NCBI GenBank assembly: GCA_964529405.1
Contig: CAZGWE010000003.1
Span: forward strand, 17,192 to 81,191
Reading direction: 5' to 3'
Origin: an uncultured Candidatus Saccharibacteria bacterium
GTDB taxonomy: Bacteria > Patescibacteriota > UBA1384 > XYA2-FULL-43-10 > 1-14-0-10-43-13
Length of the DNA: 64,000 bases
The translations under genes and the position numbers were made by a program. This document shows positions 54,829 to 63,996 of this stretch, piece after piece. Within the stretch, counting starts at the first letter, position 1; every line of letters starts with the position of its first letter. The notes beneath the pieces are model-generated. The model searched no databases, was not told the DNA's origin, and saw nothing but the letters and a program-made list of their open reading frames with translations.

Positions 54829-55704
54829 TTAACCACCTTTTTTTCTGATGGTAATGTTTACCCCGCTTTTCTTCTCCTGTTTTTTTAGGCGCCTGTCCAT
54901 AATACGGGAGACAAAATCTTTCTTTCCAGGTTTTTCCGCCTCAACTTCATGGACAATTTCTTCGACATCAACTTTGGCCACTTCTTTTGATTCCTCTTTG
55001 CGAATTTTAATATTTTTATTGACATACCATTGCTGGGAGATAATAAACAAATTGGTCACAATCCAGTAGAGAGCAAGCGCCGCCGGCACGGTCCGGCCGA
55101 TAAAAAGCGTCATAACCGGAAAGATATAAGTCATCTGTTTCATCATCATAGCAGTCATGTCCTGCTCGCCTGCTTTGCCAGTGTTAATCTGGGGCGGCAT
55201 CATCAATAGGGAAAGAACCAGCTGGGTCAGACCGGCGATAATCGGCAAAACCCACAAATCCGGCTTGGAGAGGTCGATACCCCATAAAAAGGTATTAACG
55301 CTCTCCGGATGGGGCACGAAAGAGTAAAGCAAAGAAAAACGCGAAGTATCCAGGCCGTTACGAAAGACCTGGTATAAAACAAGAATGATCGGCAGCTGGA
55401 TCAATTGGGGCAGGCAGGAACCGAAGGGCGAGACGCCTTCCTCTTTGTACAGGTTCATTAGAGCTTTGGCCTGCTCCTGCTGGTCTTTGATTTCGGCCCG
55501 GAGTTTATTGATTTTCGGCTGCAATAATTGAAGACGCATTTGAGCCCTGGCCGCTTTGAGCGAGCTGGGCAAAAGAATAATTCTGATTAAGACGGTTAGA
55601 AGAATTATCGCCCAGCCAATCGAGTGGCCCGGCACCAGCCAAGCCAAAAAAATCAATAGGTTATAGAGAGGCTGATATAAAAGCACTTTTAAAAGGTTCT
55701 TCAT
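54829..55704 (-). CDS. yidC: membrane protein insertase YidC (short form)
   Basis: 291 aa; VLIRIILLPSSLK, PFGSCLPQLIQLPI YidC/Oxa1 motifs. Confidence 0.85.
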   Translation of the reverse strand: MKNLLKVLLYQPLYNLLIFLAWLVPGHSIGWAIILLTVLIRIILLPSSLKAARAQMRLQLLQPKINKLRAEIKDQQEQAKALMNLYKEEGVSPFGSCLPQLIQLPIILVLYQVFRNGLDTSRFSLLYSFVPHPESVNTFLWGIDLSKPDLWVLPIIAGLTQLVLSLLMMPPQINTGKAGEQDMTAMMMKQMTYIFPVMTLFIGRTVPAALALYWIVTNLFIISQQWYVNKNIKIRKEESKEVAKVDVEEIVHEVEAEKPGKKDFVSRIMDRRLKKQEKKSGVNITIRKKGG

Positions 55705-55747
55705 AGGATATCCAGATTAATTTTTTATGTTTTGTCCGCAACAAATG

Positions 55748-55842
55748 TCAGATAACGCAATTGATAATAGACAGTGGAAGATAGAAGCCGGATATTGAAA
55801 TTGGAAGATTTAATTATTTGAAATTTGGATTTGAGATTTATT
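55748..55842. repeat. origin-proximal repeat family, copy 1 (yidC-yidD spacer)
   Basis: TCAGATAACGCAATTGATAATAGACAGTGGAAGATAGAAGCCGGATATTGAAATTGGAAG ... ATTTGGATTTGAGATTTAT; ~93% identical to copy 2. Confidence 0.8.
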
Positions 55843-56065
55843 TAACAGGATCCATTCCCCCTTTTGAAAAAGGGTTGCACCGCAAGACTCGCCAAAACGC
55901 TAACCAGCCTCCATAAATCAGACCGTGCTTTATAATGGCTTGCCGGCCATACTCGGAGCAGTGGGGTTGATACCTGCAATAGCCACCCCGACGTTCGAAC
56001 CAACCCGAGTCCAAAGACAACGTCCGCTGATAAATTTCTATTAGTTTAATGACCAACTGTTTCAT
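55838..56065 (-). CDS. yidD: membrane protein insertion efficiency factor YidD
   Basis: 75 aa; CRYQPHCSEYGRQAIIKHG ... LRCNPFS. Confidence 0.8.
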   Translation of the reverse strand: MKQLVIKLIEIYQRTLSLDSGWFERRGGYCRYQPHCSEYGRQAIIKHGLIYGGWLAFWRVLRCNPFSKGGMDPVK

Positions 56066-56074
56066 TATTTATTT

Positions 56075-56185
56075 TTGATGATAGACAGTAGAAGATGGAA
56101 GATAGAATTTGAGGTTGGATGATGGAAATTGGAGTCTAGCTTCTAATCTCCAGTTTCTATTGTCTATCATCAATTATCTGAAGGC
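56075..56185. repeat. origin-proximal repeat family, rearranged hairpin-forming copy 3 (yidD-rnpA spacer)
   Basis: TGATGATAGACAGTAGAAGATGGAAGATAGAA ... GGAAATTGGAG resembles the core. The right end CTATTGTCTATCATCAATTATCTGAA is the inverted start of the element, so the two ends form a 16-bp stem. Confidence 0.6.
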
Positions 56186-56524
56186 CTTGGCTCTTGTAAG
56201 TGCTTCTCGAAGCTGTTCTTTGATCTCATCAAGTTGATATGGATATTTGAAATTACTCTTTACAATAACAACAATATCCAAGCCCGGTTTGACTAATGGC
56301 AGTATTTCCCGCGTTACCACTCTCAATCTCCTCTTAAGCGCATTTCTGCGGGTTGAGCGTTTATCAACCTTGTTGCTGATGACAAAACCAAACCGGGCCG
56401 GTGAAAGTGCCCCGGGTTTTTGGCTTACCCGCACGGACAAATTATTAACAAAAACGGGACGGGAGTTCTTGAAGACTTTCTGAAAATCCCGGCCTTTCTG
56501 CAATCTGTTTTCTCTCCTAAGCAT
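56174..56524 (-). CDS. rnpA: ribonuclease P protein component
   Basis: RLQKGRDFQKVF ... FGFVISNKVDKRSTRRNALKRRLR motifs; start taken at ATG 56522-56524 (track ORF extends to 56605). Confidence 0.8.
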   Translation of the reverse strand: MLRRENRLQKGRDFQKVFKNSRPVFVNNLSVRVSQKPGALSPARFGFVISNKVDKRSTRRNALKRRLRVVTREILPLVKPGLDIVVIVKSNFKYPYQLDEIKEQLREALTRAKAFR

Positions 56525-56647
56525 ATCGTCTCTCCCTACGTTCAATAGTAACACATGGTCTCTTCGATTACTATCCAACTTAAGCTGCTTAAGCCATAAT
56601 AACAAAAAAGAGCCGGGTAGCTCAGATTTTATTTAAACCAAGCAAAA

Positions 56648-56782
56648 TCAGGCCGCGATGACTTTTCGTCCCTTGGTCCGGCGCCGTCTTAAAACATTTC
56701 GGCCATCCAAGGTCAGCATTCTCTTTAGAAAACCGTGGATTCTTTGCCGTCTTCGCTTGTTAGGTTGAAAAGTTCTCTTCAT
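56648..56782 (-). CDS. rpmH: 50S ribosomal protein L34
   Basis: 44 aa [44 protein letters not shown], found by hand-translating the minus strand; it is below the ORF-track size cutoff. Confidence 0.9.
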   Translation of the reverse strand: MKRTFQPNKRRRQRIHGFLKRMLTLDGRNVLRRRRTKGRKVIAA

Positions 56783-56888
56783 TTCTAAGCTAGAATACAC
56801 TAATTTCGCGCTTGCGTCAAGCTGCTGATTTAAGTGATTTAGGTTATCTCATAGCGAATGCCCCGTCCAACGCCCCATTGACGTACCC

Positions 56889-56897
56889 TGTGGATAA
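56889..56897. promoter_or_regulatory. consensus DnaA box TGTGGATAA in dnaA promoter region
   Basis: Exact 9-mer match ~45 nt upstream of dnaA start. Confidence 0.5.
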
Positions 56898-56942
56898 CTT
56901 GGTATATTTTTGGTACAACTATTGCAGGGAGAACAAACGCCA

Positions 56943-58343
56943 ATGGATAAAAACGAAATATGGAAAAACGTCTTAGGCGAGCTGGAGGTCAGCATCTCTA
57001 AGCCGAACTTCGAAACCTGGTTTAGAAACACATTTCTGATTGATTACAAGAAAGGCTATTTTACAATCGGAGTGCCAACAATATTTATAGAAGACTGGCT
57101 TAGAAAGAAGCATTTGCGCGAGATACTACAAGCCTTACAGAAACAGGTTGACGACCAGGTACTGGGCATTAAATTCAAAATAGCTTCGCCTTCTCCCGAA
57201 CAAAGAATCTCTCTTGATAAAACTAAAGTTATCCACAAGCCTGTGGATAAACCCGCCGGACAAACAGCCTCAACCGGTGTCCAATTATTGCCTAAAAACA
57301 TCACCTTGAATGACGATTATAAATTTACCAATTTTATCGTCGGCCAATCAAACCAACTGGCCCATGCGGCTTCCCTGGCTGTTGCCAGCAAACCCGGCAC
57401 TATGTATAATCCGCTTTATATCTACGGCAACTCCGGATTGGGTAAAACCCATCTGATGCAAGCCATCGGCCACTCATACCTCGAAAATTATCCGGGCAAA
57501 AATGTTCTTTACGTGACGTCTGAAACATTCATTAACGAATTTATCAACGCTGTCGAAGCTGGACACGGCAAGGCCAAGAATTTCAAAGACCATTACCGCA
57601 ATGTTGATATCCTATTAATAGACGACATCCAGTTTCTCTCCAATAAAGAATCAACGCAGGAAGAATTCTTCCACACTTTTAACCATCTTCATCAAAATAA
57701 GAAGCAAGTAGTGCTTACCTCCGACCGGCCGCCCAAAGACATTAAGGGCTTGGAAGTCAGGCTAAAAACCCGTTTTGAAGGCGGCATGGTAGCCGATGTT
57801 ACCACACCGGATTTTGAAACAAGGGTGGCTATACTCAAACAAAAAGCCAAAAAGCTGAATATTGTTTTTAAAGAAGAAAAAATTGACGAAGTCCTGCATT
57901 TGATCGCCGAAAATATCCAATCTTCAATCAGGGAACTTGAGGGAACATTTACCAAAATTATTGCCACTTGCAACCTTGAGGGGAGTACGATCAACAAAGA
58001 CCGGGTTGCCTCCATTCTAAGCGGTATAATCCAAAAGAAAAAACAGGTTGTCACTCCGGAGTTAATTCTGCGGGAAGTCCATAAATTTTATCAGATTCCG
58101 CTCGAAGACATCCTGGGCAAAAAACGTACCAAGGAGATAGTTCTGCCGAGACAAATCACGATGTACCTGCTGCGCCATGAAGCTAATATGTCCTATCCGG
58201 AGATCGGCAAAAAAATCGGCGGCAAGGACCATTCAACCATTATCCACGGCTGCGAAAAGATTGAAGCCGATATTTCGGACAACCAGAGGATAAAAGAAGA
58301 CCTGGCTGTTTTGAAAGAAAAGATATACGCCATGGTACGATAA
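56943..58343 (+). CDS. dnaA: chromosomal replication initiator protein DnaA
   Basis: EIWKNVLGELEVSISKPNFETWF N-domain, GNSGLGKTHL Walker A, LLIDDIQF Walker B, C-terminal DNA-binding helix-turn-helix; start at ATG 56943. Confidence 0.95.
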   Translation: MDKNEIWKNVLGELEVSISKPNFETWFRNTFLIDYKKGYFTIGVPTIFIEDWLRKKHLREILQALQKQVDDQVLGIKFKIASPSPEQRISLDKTKVIHKPVDKPAGQTASTGVQLLPKNITLNDDYKFTNFIVGQSNQLAHAASLAVASKPGTMYNPLYIYGNSGLGKTHLMQAIGHSYLENYPGKNVLYVTSETFINEFINAVEAGHGKAKNFKDHYRNVDILLIDDIQFLSNKESTQEEFFHTFNHLHQNKKQVVLTSDRPPKDIKGLEVRLKTRFEGGMVADVTTPDFETRVAILKQKAKKLNIVFKEEKIDEVLHLIAENIQSSIRELEGTFTKIIATCNLEGSTINKDRVASILSGIIQKKKQVVTPELILREVHKFYQIPLEDILGKKRTKEIVLPRQITMYLLRHEANMSYPEIGKKIGGKDHSTIIHGCEKIEADISDNQRIKEDLAVLKEKIYAMVR

Positions 58344-58973
58344 ATCATAAAGCGTGAGATACTATTCATAGGCCGTTAGATATTTCACCTTAAAAATTAT
58401 ATGGCTTACTTATCCCCAACTTTTCAAGGCTAAATCGGGAATTAAACAAGTTAATATATTTAGTAATACTAATAGTAAGCGCTGTGGATTATGGGGAAAA
58501 GTTAAATTAAGTAATTTGAAACTTGAAATTTGAAACTTTTATTTGGGGATAAGATGGTGGATGAAGCGGTGATAAGGTGTGGATGAAACGGGGATAAGTT
58601 AAAAAATGCCAAAATCCGAATGCCAAATATCAGATAACGCAATTGATAATAGACAGTGGAAGATAGAAGCCGGATCTTGAAATTGGAAGTTTGAATTATT
58701 TGCCATTTGGATTTGGGATTTATAAATAATTTATCCACAACCAAAACGGCCTAAACGCCTTTTTTCCCCGGCTAAAATATCGCAAATAAAAATTATAATC
58801 CCAAATACAACAATTTAGCTAAATTTTTTCCCCGTTATCCACAGGTAACAAAAAAGATGGGGATAAATATTGTTTAATTGCTAAATTGTTTGCATAGCTA
58901 AAGATAAGCTTTGTTTCAAGAATGCTATTATCTTAAGATAACAATTTAACAATTGGTCGACGAAAGGAGACTC
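58344..58973. promoter_or_regulatory. candidate chromosomal replication origin (oriC) with DnaA-box cluster
   Basis: Two perfect TTATCCACA boxes (58731-58739, 58826-58834). Near-consensus boxes: TGTGGATTA 58483, GGGGATAAG x3, GTGGATGAA x2, GTGATAAGG. Position is dnaA-dnaN. AT-rich tracts present. Confidence 0.6.
58630..58723. repeat. origin-proximal repeat family, copy 2 (inside dnaA-dnaN oriC region)
   Basis: Near-identical to copy 1; ends 8 nt before a perfect DnaA box. Confidence 0.8.
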
Positions 58974-60080
58974 GTGAAAGTAACAATCCTACAATCGAAT
59001 TTTGCCAAAGGCTTAAACCAGGTTTCGCGCGTTGTTGGAAACAGGACAACCCTGCCGGTTCTGTCCAATATTTTAATTTCAGCCAAAAAAGGCCATATCA
59101 CGCTCTCCGCCACCGATCTGGAAATCGGAGTAACGACAAAAATACCTGGCAAGGTTGACAAGGAGGGCGACCTGACCGTCCCCGCCCGTCTTCTTTCGGA
59201 CTTTGTCTTAAATAACAGCGATGAAACAATCGAAGTTACGGCCGAAGAAACCAAGATGAAACTCAAATCGGAGAGGTTTGAGGCCAATATCGGCGGCATC
59301 TCGGCCGAGGAGTTTCCAACTATACCGAACACAAATCAGGAGTCGTTTTGTTCAATCAAGAAGGAAGACTTTATTGAAGCGCTTAAAAAGGTGGCAATCG
59401 CCCCGGCTCACGACGAGACAAGGCCGGTCTTGGCCGGTATTTATTTTCAGTTTGAGGCTAAAAATCTGGTTTTAGCCGCGACTGATTCGTATCGCCTGGC
59501 TGAAAATAGGCTGGAGTTGGAAAAGGAGGCCGGCGAAAAGAAGATGATCGTTCCCACCAAGACCGTGACCGAAGTTTTGCGTCTGGCCGGCGGGGCGGAG
59601 GGTTTATCCGAAATTAAGCTGTCTTCGACTGAAAATCAGGTCTCGTTCATCATCGGCGAAACAGAAGTAGTCTCGCGCGTCATTGAAGGCGCTTTTCCCA
59701 ATTATAGCCAAATTATTCCCGCTTCATCCAAAATTACAGCTGTCGCCAGCCGGGCCGAACTTGTCTCGGCAGTTAAAATGGCCTCCCTTTTTGCTAAAGA
59801 CGCCGCCAATAATATTAAGATTACGGTGGCGCCAAAAGAGCTTTTAATCAGTTCGGCCATGGCCCAGGCCGGCGGCGCTTCGGCCAAAGTCAAAGCTTCG
59901 GTTAAAGGCGAGGAAGTCTCTATCTCATTTAACGCCCGCTACATCCTCGAGATGCTGCAGGTTGTTTCTTCCGATGAAATCACTTTAAAATTTAACGACA
60001 GCGCCTCCTCCGGCTTGATCGAATCGGCCAAGGACAAAGGCTTTATCTACCTGGTTATGCCGTTGAGGATGGAGAATTAA
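58974..60080 (+). CDS. dnaN: DNA polymerase III beta sliding clamp
   Basis: Three-domain clamp pattern. GTG start at 58974 is preceded by RBS AAAGGAG; the track uses TTG at 58953. Confidence 0.9.
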   Translation: MKVTILQSNFAKGLNQVSRVVGNRTTLPVLSNILISAKKGHITLSATDLEIGVTTKIPGKVDKEGDLTVPARLLSDFVLNNSDETIEVTAEETKMKLKSERFEANIGGISAEEFPTIPNTNQESFCSIKKEDFIEALKKVAIAPAHDETRPVLAGIYFQFEAKNLVLAATDSYRLAENRLELEKEAGEKKMIVPTKTVTEVLRLAGGAEGLSEIKLSSTENQVSFIIGETEVVSRVIEGAFPNYSQIIPASSKITAVASRAELVSAVKMASLFAKDAANNIKITVAPKELLISSAMAQAGGASAKVKASVKGEEVSISFNARYILEMLQVVSSDEITLKFNDSASSGLIESAKDKGFIYLVMPLRMEN

Positions 60081-60108
60081 GTAGCTTAGGTTACCCGGGT
60101 CGCTTAGA

Positions 60109-61143
60109 ATGCTTAAAAATCTGTCACTTGAAAACTTTCGCAGCCACCAACATTTTGAACTTGAATTGGAACCAAACACGGTTCTAGTAGGCAGGAATGG
60201 CGCCGGCAAAAGCAATATCTTAGAATCAATTGTCCTCTTGTCGCACTGCCGGTCTTACCGCGAAGACCGCAAGGCCAACCTGATTAACAACGGTTCCGAA
60301 TTTGCCCGGGTAACCGGAGACGACCTTGAGCTTTTCCTGTCCAAAAATCCCCAATTCTATATGAAAGCGAGAAAGGGCGGCGTCTTTAAACGCTTGACGG
60401 AATTCGTGGGCATTTTGCCGTCGGTTGTCTTCTCGCCGGAAACTCTGGCCATTATCACCGGTTCGCCCAAAGAGAGAAGGAGGCTTCTTGATATTCTGAT
60501 CAGTCAAACCAGCCGGGAATATCTTAGGGCGCTGGTGGAATACGAAAAAATCAGGCGCCAGCGCAACAGCTTGCTTAAAGCAATCAGGGAGAAGCGCGGC
60601 GCTGTTACGGAGCTTGGTTACTGGAACGGCCAGCTTGTGGAATCAGGCGGCAAAATCATCATGGAGCGGGAAAAAGCCGTTGCTTTTATTAATAATTCCC
60701 TGCCTGAATTTTATCAAAAAATTGCCGGGGACGAATCCAGCCGGTTGAAGCTGGTTTATTTAAAGAGCAGCGATAATCTGGAAAAAGATCTGGAAAGAAT
60801 CGTTACCAGGGAGATCTGCGAAGAGAGGACGCTGATCGGTCCGCACAAAGACGATTTGCGTTTTGATTTGAATGGCTTTAATATGCAAAACTTTGCTTCC
60901 CGGGGTGAAATCAAGTCGGCTGTCCTGGCCCTTAAACTTTCGGAGGTTGGTTATCTCGAAGTGGCCGGAGCTGGCGTCAAACCTATCCTCTTAGTTGACG
61001 ATGTCTTTTCCGAGTTTGATCCTGTTCGCCGCGGACATCTGGGCGATTTGATCTTAAATTATCAGACTTTAATCACCACCGCAGAGAAGGAGCAGCTGTC
61101 AAAGGAGCTGCTCAAAAAGGCGAAGGTGGTGGAACTTAAATAA
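60109..61143 (+). CDS. recF: DNA replication and repair protein RecF
   Basis: LENFRSHQ ... GRNGAGKSNILESI Walker A, LLVDDVFSEFD Walker B/signature. Confidence 0.9.
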   Translation: MLKNLSLENFRSHQHFELELEPNTVLVGRNGAGKSNILESIVLLSHCRSYREDRKANLINNGSEFARVTGDDLELFLSKNPQFYMKARKGGVFKRLTEFVGILPSVVFSPETLAIITGSPKERRRLLDILISQTSREYLRALVEYEKIRRQRNSLLKAIREKRGAVTELGYWNGQLVESGGKIIMEREKAVAFINNSLPEFYQKIAGDESSRLKLVYLKSSDNLEKDLERIVTREICEERTLIGPHKDDLRFDLNGFNMQNFASRGEIKSAVLALKLSEVGYLEVAGAGVKPILLVDDVFSEFDPVRRGHLGDLILNYQTLITTAEKEQLSKELLKKAKVVELK

Positions 61144-61174
61144 CTTGGGCTGCTTACGTTGCTCGGAGGTCATT

Positions 61175-61444
61175 ATGAAACAATTAAACGAATTTTTATG
61201 GTCAAGCCTTGGCAAGAAGGGCCTCCGCAAGGAAGCAGAAGCCTCTTACGTTTGCTTTGTAGCAGCCGAGTGGGGCAAGGGCCGTTTTGGCGCCACATCT
61301 TTTTCCAGAGGGATTTTGAAGCTTTCCGTCGGCTCCTCTGCCGCCGCCCAGGAGGTGCAGATGGAGACGGAAAAACTGACCGATTTTGTCAACTCGAAAA
61401 TCGGCAAAAAAATAGTCAAAAGAGTACGGATACTTGTCGGTTAA
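61175..61444 (+). CDS. DUF721-like small protein (possible DciA-type helicase-loader homologue)
   Basis: ~90 aa, basic, immediately after recF where DUF721 genes characteristically sit. No strong motif was read, so the call rests on context and size. Confidence 0.3.
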   Translation: MKQLNEFLWSSLGKKGLRKEAEASYVCFVAAEWGKGRFGATSFSRGILKLSVGSSAAAQEVQMETEKLTDFVNSKIGKKIVKRVRILVG

Positions 61445-63996
61445 AATCCGATGTGCGTGAATGATACGGTTTGGGGATTGTCCCACAATCCGGCCCGAGT
61501 GCCGGCCGGGTTATCCGGCGATCCGGAAGCGCAGATGCCGTTGGCGGCAAAGTATCCCTCCCCCATTTTCTTACAAACGTTATCGTCAACCAGCTGGTTC
61601 CAGTAGGCCACATCTTCGGCCCGGCCGGTCATAATTTGGTTGGGGATGACATCGCGGTAGAGCGGGTTGTACTGCATTTGTAATAAGTCGCCGATAAGCT
61701 GGCGGGCACGGGTTTGGGCCGCCAAAATTGTATTTTGTTGATGGGTAACAATGTTCAGGCCGTCCCAGGTCGGGATGCCGGTCGAATTGACAGCATCCCT
61801 GGCCTTTTGGTCATCGGAGGCGTTATTACCGGTCGAGTAAAAACCGTCGGCCGTGCATCTGACGTCAGTCCGGTAAACCCCAAACAGATTCATATAGAGA
61901 ATCATGCCCAATTGGACATAAATCATCCAGGGCTGGATACCCGTTTTGGCGATCATGCCGAGGGCTTTCATTGCCATGGGCACGCCGACGCTGATGGCAA
62001 TACCGGCCATCATTTGGGTTGTGCCCGGTGCCAGATTGAGGGAGTCGTCAACGGAAGCAAATGATTTACTGAAAAGCTTGTCGATAATGGTCGTGACGGC
62101 AAAGGTAACGACGGCGACTTTAGCCGTGTCAAGATTGCTTTCAAGTTTCTGCTGCTGGTCAGATGCTTGCTGCAGGCCCAATCCGTTGGCATCGATTGAT
62201 TTACCGGTCTCAATATTTTTAAACGTGCCGTCGGCTTGTTTGATATAAGTGCCGGTACTGACGGTCACCTTTCCGCCGGTTTTGACGACGCCGTTTAGGT
62301 TTTGGACATTATCCCAGGCAGCCCGAATGGCGCCGGCATTAAATGCGTCTCGGGCGGCTTGGGCTTTCCGCATTTGGTCGTATAAACTGTAAGCCTGATA
62401 AATGGTACCGGCCGGAATGTGAAGTTGTTTGTCGGCCCAATTAAAGACAAGACGTTTTAATTCGTTGGTGGCTGCTCTTTGGAGTGTCGGCGCATGAAGT
62501 TTGCCCTTGGCACCGGCGTAGTAGCCATCGGTGATATTATTTCCACTCATACCCCAGTTGCCCGTGCTAACACCGACAAGTATAGCGTCGATCGTGCCCT
62601 CCGGCAATTTGAAGTCGATGGCGTTGGATACAAATTCGCTAAATTTAGTCTTAAAGAAAGCAAACGATTTGTCGCGATTGGAGAGAAAATCATCCAGCTC
62701 GCCCGGCCGGTTAAGATTGACAATGTGGTCGATTGCCAATGCCCACTCGGCGGCATCGCTGATTTTGTGAATATCGGTGCCAAAGAGTTTGCCGTTTTCG
62801 GCGCCGTTTAAGAGATATGTGCCAAGCGCCTTTAGTTTAGTCTCGCCATTACCCTTGATCAGATCCCAGGCAAAGCCCGGGTAAACATTTTTATCCATTT
62901 TCCAGAGGGTGGCATCCATCAGGCGGTATTCGAGCGCTTCGCGAAAATTGGCCCGGGTTTCCTTTTTGCCCTGTTCCTCCGCCTGGCGCATGGCTTTTAA
63001 TTGCGCCTGGTCGTAAACGGCCTGCTCACAGGCGGTTTGCTCGGCCGTCGGGGTTGCTGTTGTTTCAGCTGCCGGATCATAACTCTGACAAGCCCGGCTG
63101 GCAATAATGCCCCTGTTGGTTGCTTCTTTTGACTCTAACTGCACCCTTTGAGCTTGGACTTTGGCAACCATTTCGGCATCGGAAACCTGGATGCCCGTGT
63201 TATGTCTCATCGCATAGCGCTCTCCGGCAGCGATATTATCCGGGGTGCGGGCGGCGCCGGTACCGGCGTTGTGATTGCGGACAATTTGCTGTATCGGATC
63301 ATCGCTGCCGGCAACCGGCCCATGAATTGTACTGCCAAAAGGCCGGGCCTGTTCGCCGGGGACAGTCACGGCGGCATCGGTGACGAGAGGATATTGGGCC
63401 GCAACCGCGCCGTAACTTTCCGAATCGGCGTCACCGACAATGGCGAACTTAATGTCGGCATAAGAAACCTGCAATCCGGACGGCAGCTGATCCTCCTGTC
63501 CTGTCTCATTAATGAAGCGGTTCATCGCATAGGAGAGTCCGGCGATTTCGAGATAACGCAAATCGCCGTTAAAGACAAGCTCGTTGATATCGCCGGCCGG
63601 CATAATGAGCGTCCCGTGCGTCGCCGTACTAATAGCCGAACCGATACGGTTTGAAATGATTGTTTTAACCGAGCCAAGCTGGCTTAGGGCTTGTTTGATC
63701 TTGGACTCATTGCTGCCGCCGTCGTTACGGCGATTGCTTTCGCAATTTTCTATTGCCCGGCTTATATTTTGGTCCATGTTGGCACTTTGGCCGTTCATAA
63801 AAGGTTGATAATTGTCAGGATCGGCGCAAAAGAGCTTGCGTTCCTCGACTTTTTGGTCGATGCAATTGTTGATCGCTCTTTCTCTGAGCATCGATCTTAA
63901 AGTCTCGTTTTTGGATTGGTTGTACTGCAATTTGTCTTTGTCGCTCATAGAATCAAGAAAGTTAGCCGAGCAGCCGGCTCTAAAATCTGCCCGCAT
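61441..63996 (-). CDS. large (>850 aa) unknown protein with C-proximal transmembrane helix pair; may start beyond right edge
   Basis: Complete ORF in the track with its first ATG at 63994-63996, and the frame is still open at the window edge. It is mostly hydrophilic, Ala/Gly/Asn/Gln-rich. Hydrophobic segments VAVVTFAVTTII and MMAGIAISVGVPMAMKALGMI ... WMIYVQLGMILYMNLFGVY lie about 250 aa before the C-terminus. Confidence 0.45.
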   Translation of the reverse strand: MRADFRAGCSANFLDSMSDKDKLQYNQSKNETLRSMLRERAINNCIDQKVEERKLFCADPDNYQPFMNGQSANMDQNISRAIENCESNRRNDGGSNESKIKQALSQLGSVKTIISNRIGSAISTATHGTLIMPAGDINELVFNGDLRYLEIAGLSYAMNRFINETGQEDQLPSGLQVSYADIKFAIVGDADSESYGAVAAQYPLVTDAAVTVPGEQARPFGSTIHGPVAGSDDPIQQIVRNHNAGTGAARTPDNIAAGERYAMRHNTGIQVSDAEMVAKVQAQRVQLESKEATNRGIIASRACQSYDPAAETTATPTAEQTACEQAVYDQAQLKAMRQAEEQGKKETRANFREALEYRLMDATLWKMDKNVYPGFAWDLIKGNGETKLKALGTYLLNGAENGKLFGTDIHKISDAAEWALAIDHIVNLNRPGELDDFLSNRDKSFAFFKTKFSEFVSNAIDFKLPEGTIDAILVGVSTGNWGMSGNNITDGYYAGAKGKLHAPTLQRAATNELKRLVFNWADKQLHIPAGTIYQAYSLYDQMRKAQAARDAFNAGAIRAAWDNVQNLNGVVKTGGKVTVSTGTYIKQADGTFKNIETGKSIDANGLGLQQASDQQQKLESNLDTAKVAVVTFAVTTIIDKLFSKSFASVDDSLNLAPGTTQMMAGIAISVGVPMAMKALGMIAKTGIQPWMIYVQLGMILYMNLFGVYRTDVRCTADGFYSTGNNASDDQKARDAVNSTGIPTWDGLNIVTHQQNTILAAQTRARQLIGDLLQMQYNPLYRDVIPNQIMTGRAEDVAYWNQLVDDNVCKKMGEGYFAANGICASGSPDNPAGTRAGLWDNPQTVSFTHIGF

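Noticed and set aside
61159-61486. Alternative-frame ORFs 61159-61464 (+) and 61202-61486 (-) overlapping the post-recF small gene
   Set aside because: They overlap each other and the better-positioned 61175-61444 ORF, whose TGA overlaps the convergent large gene. None can be verified without homology search.
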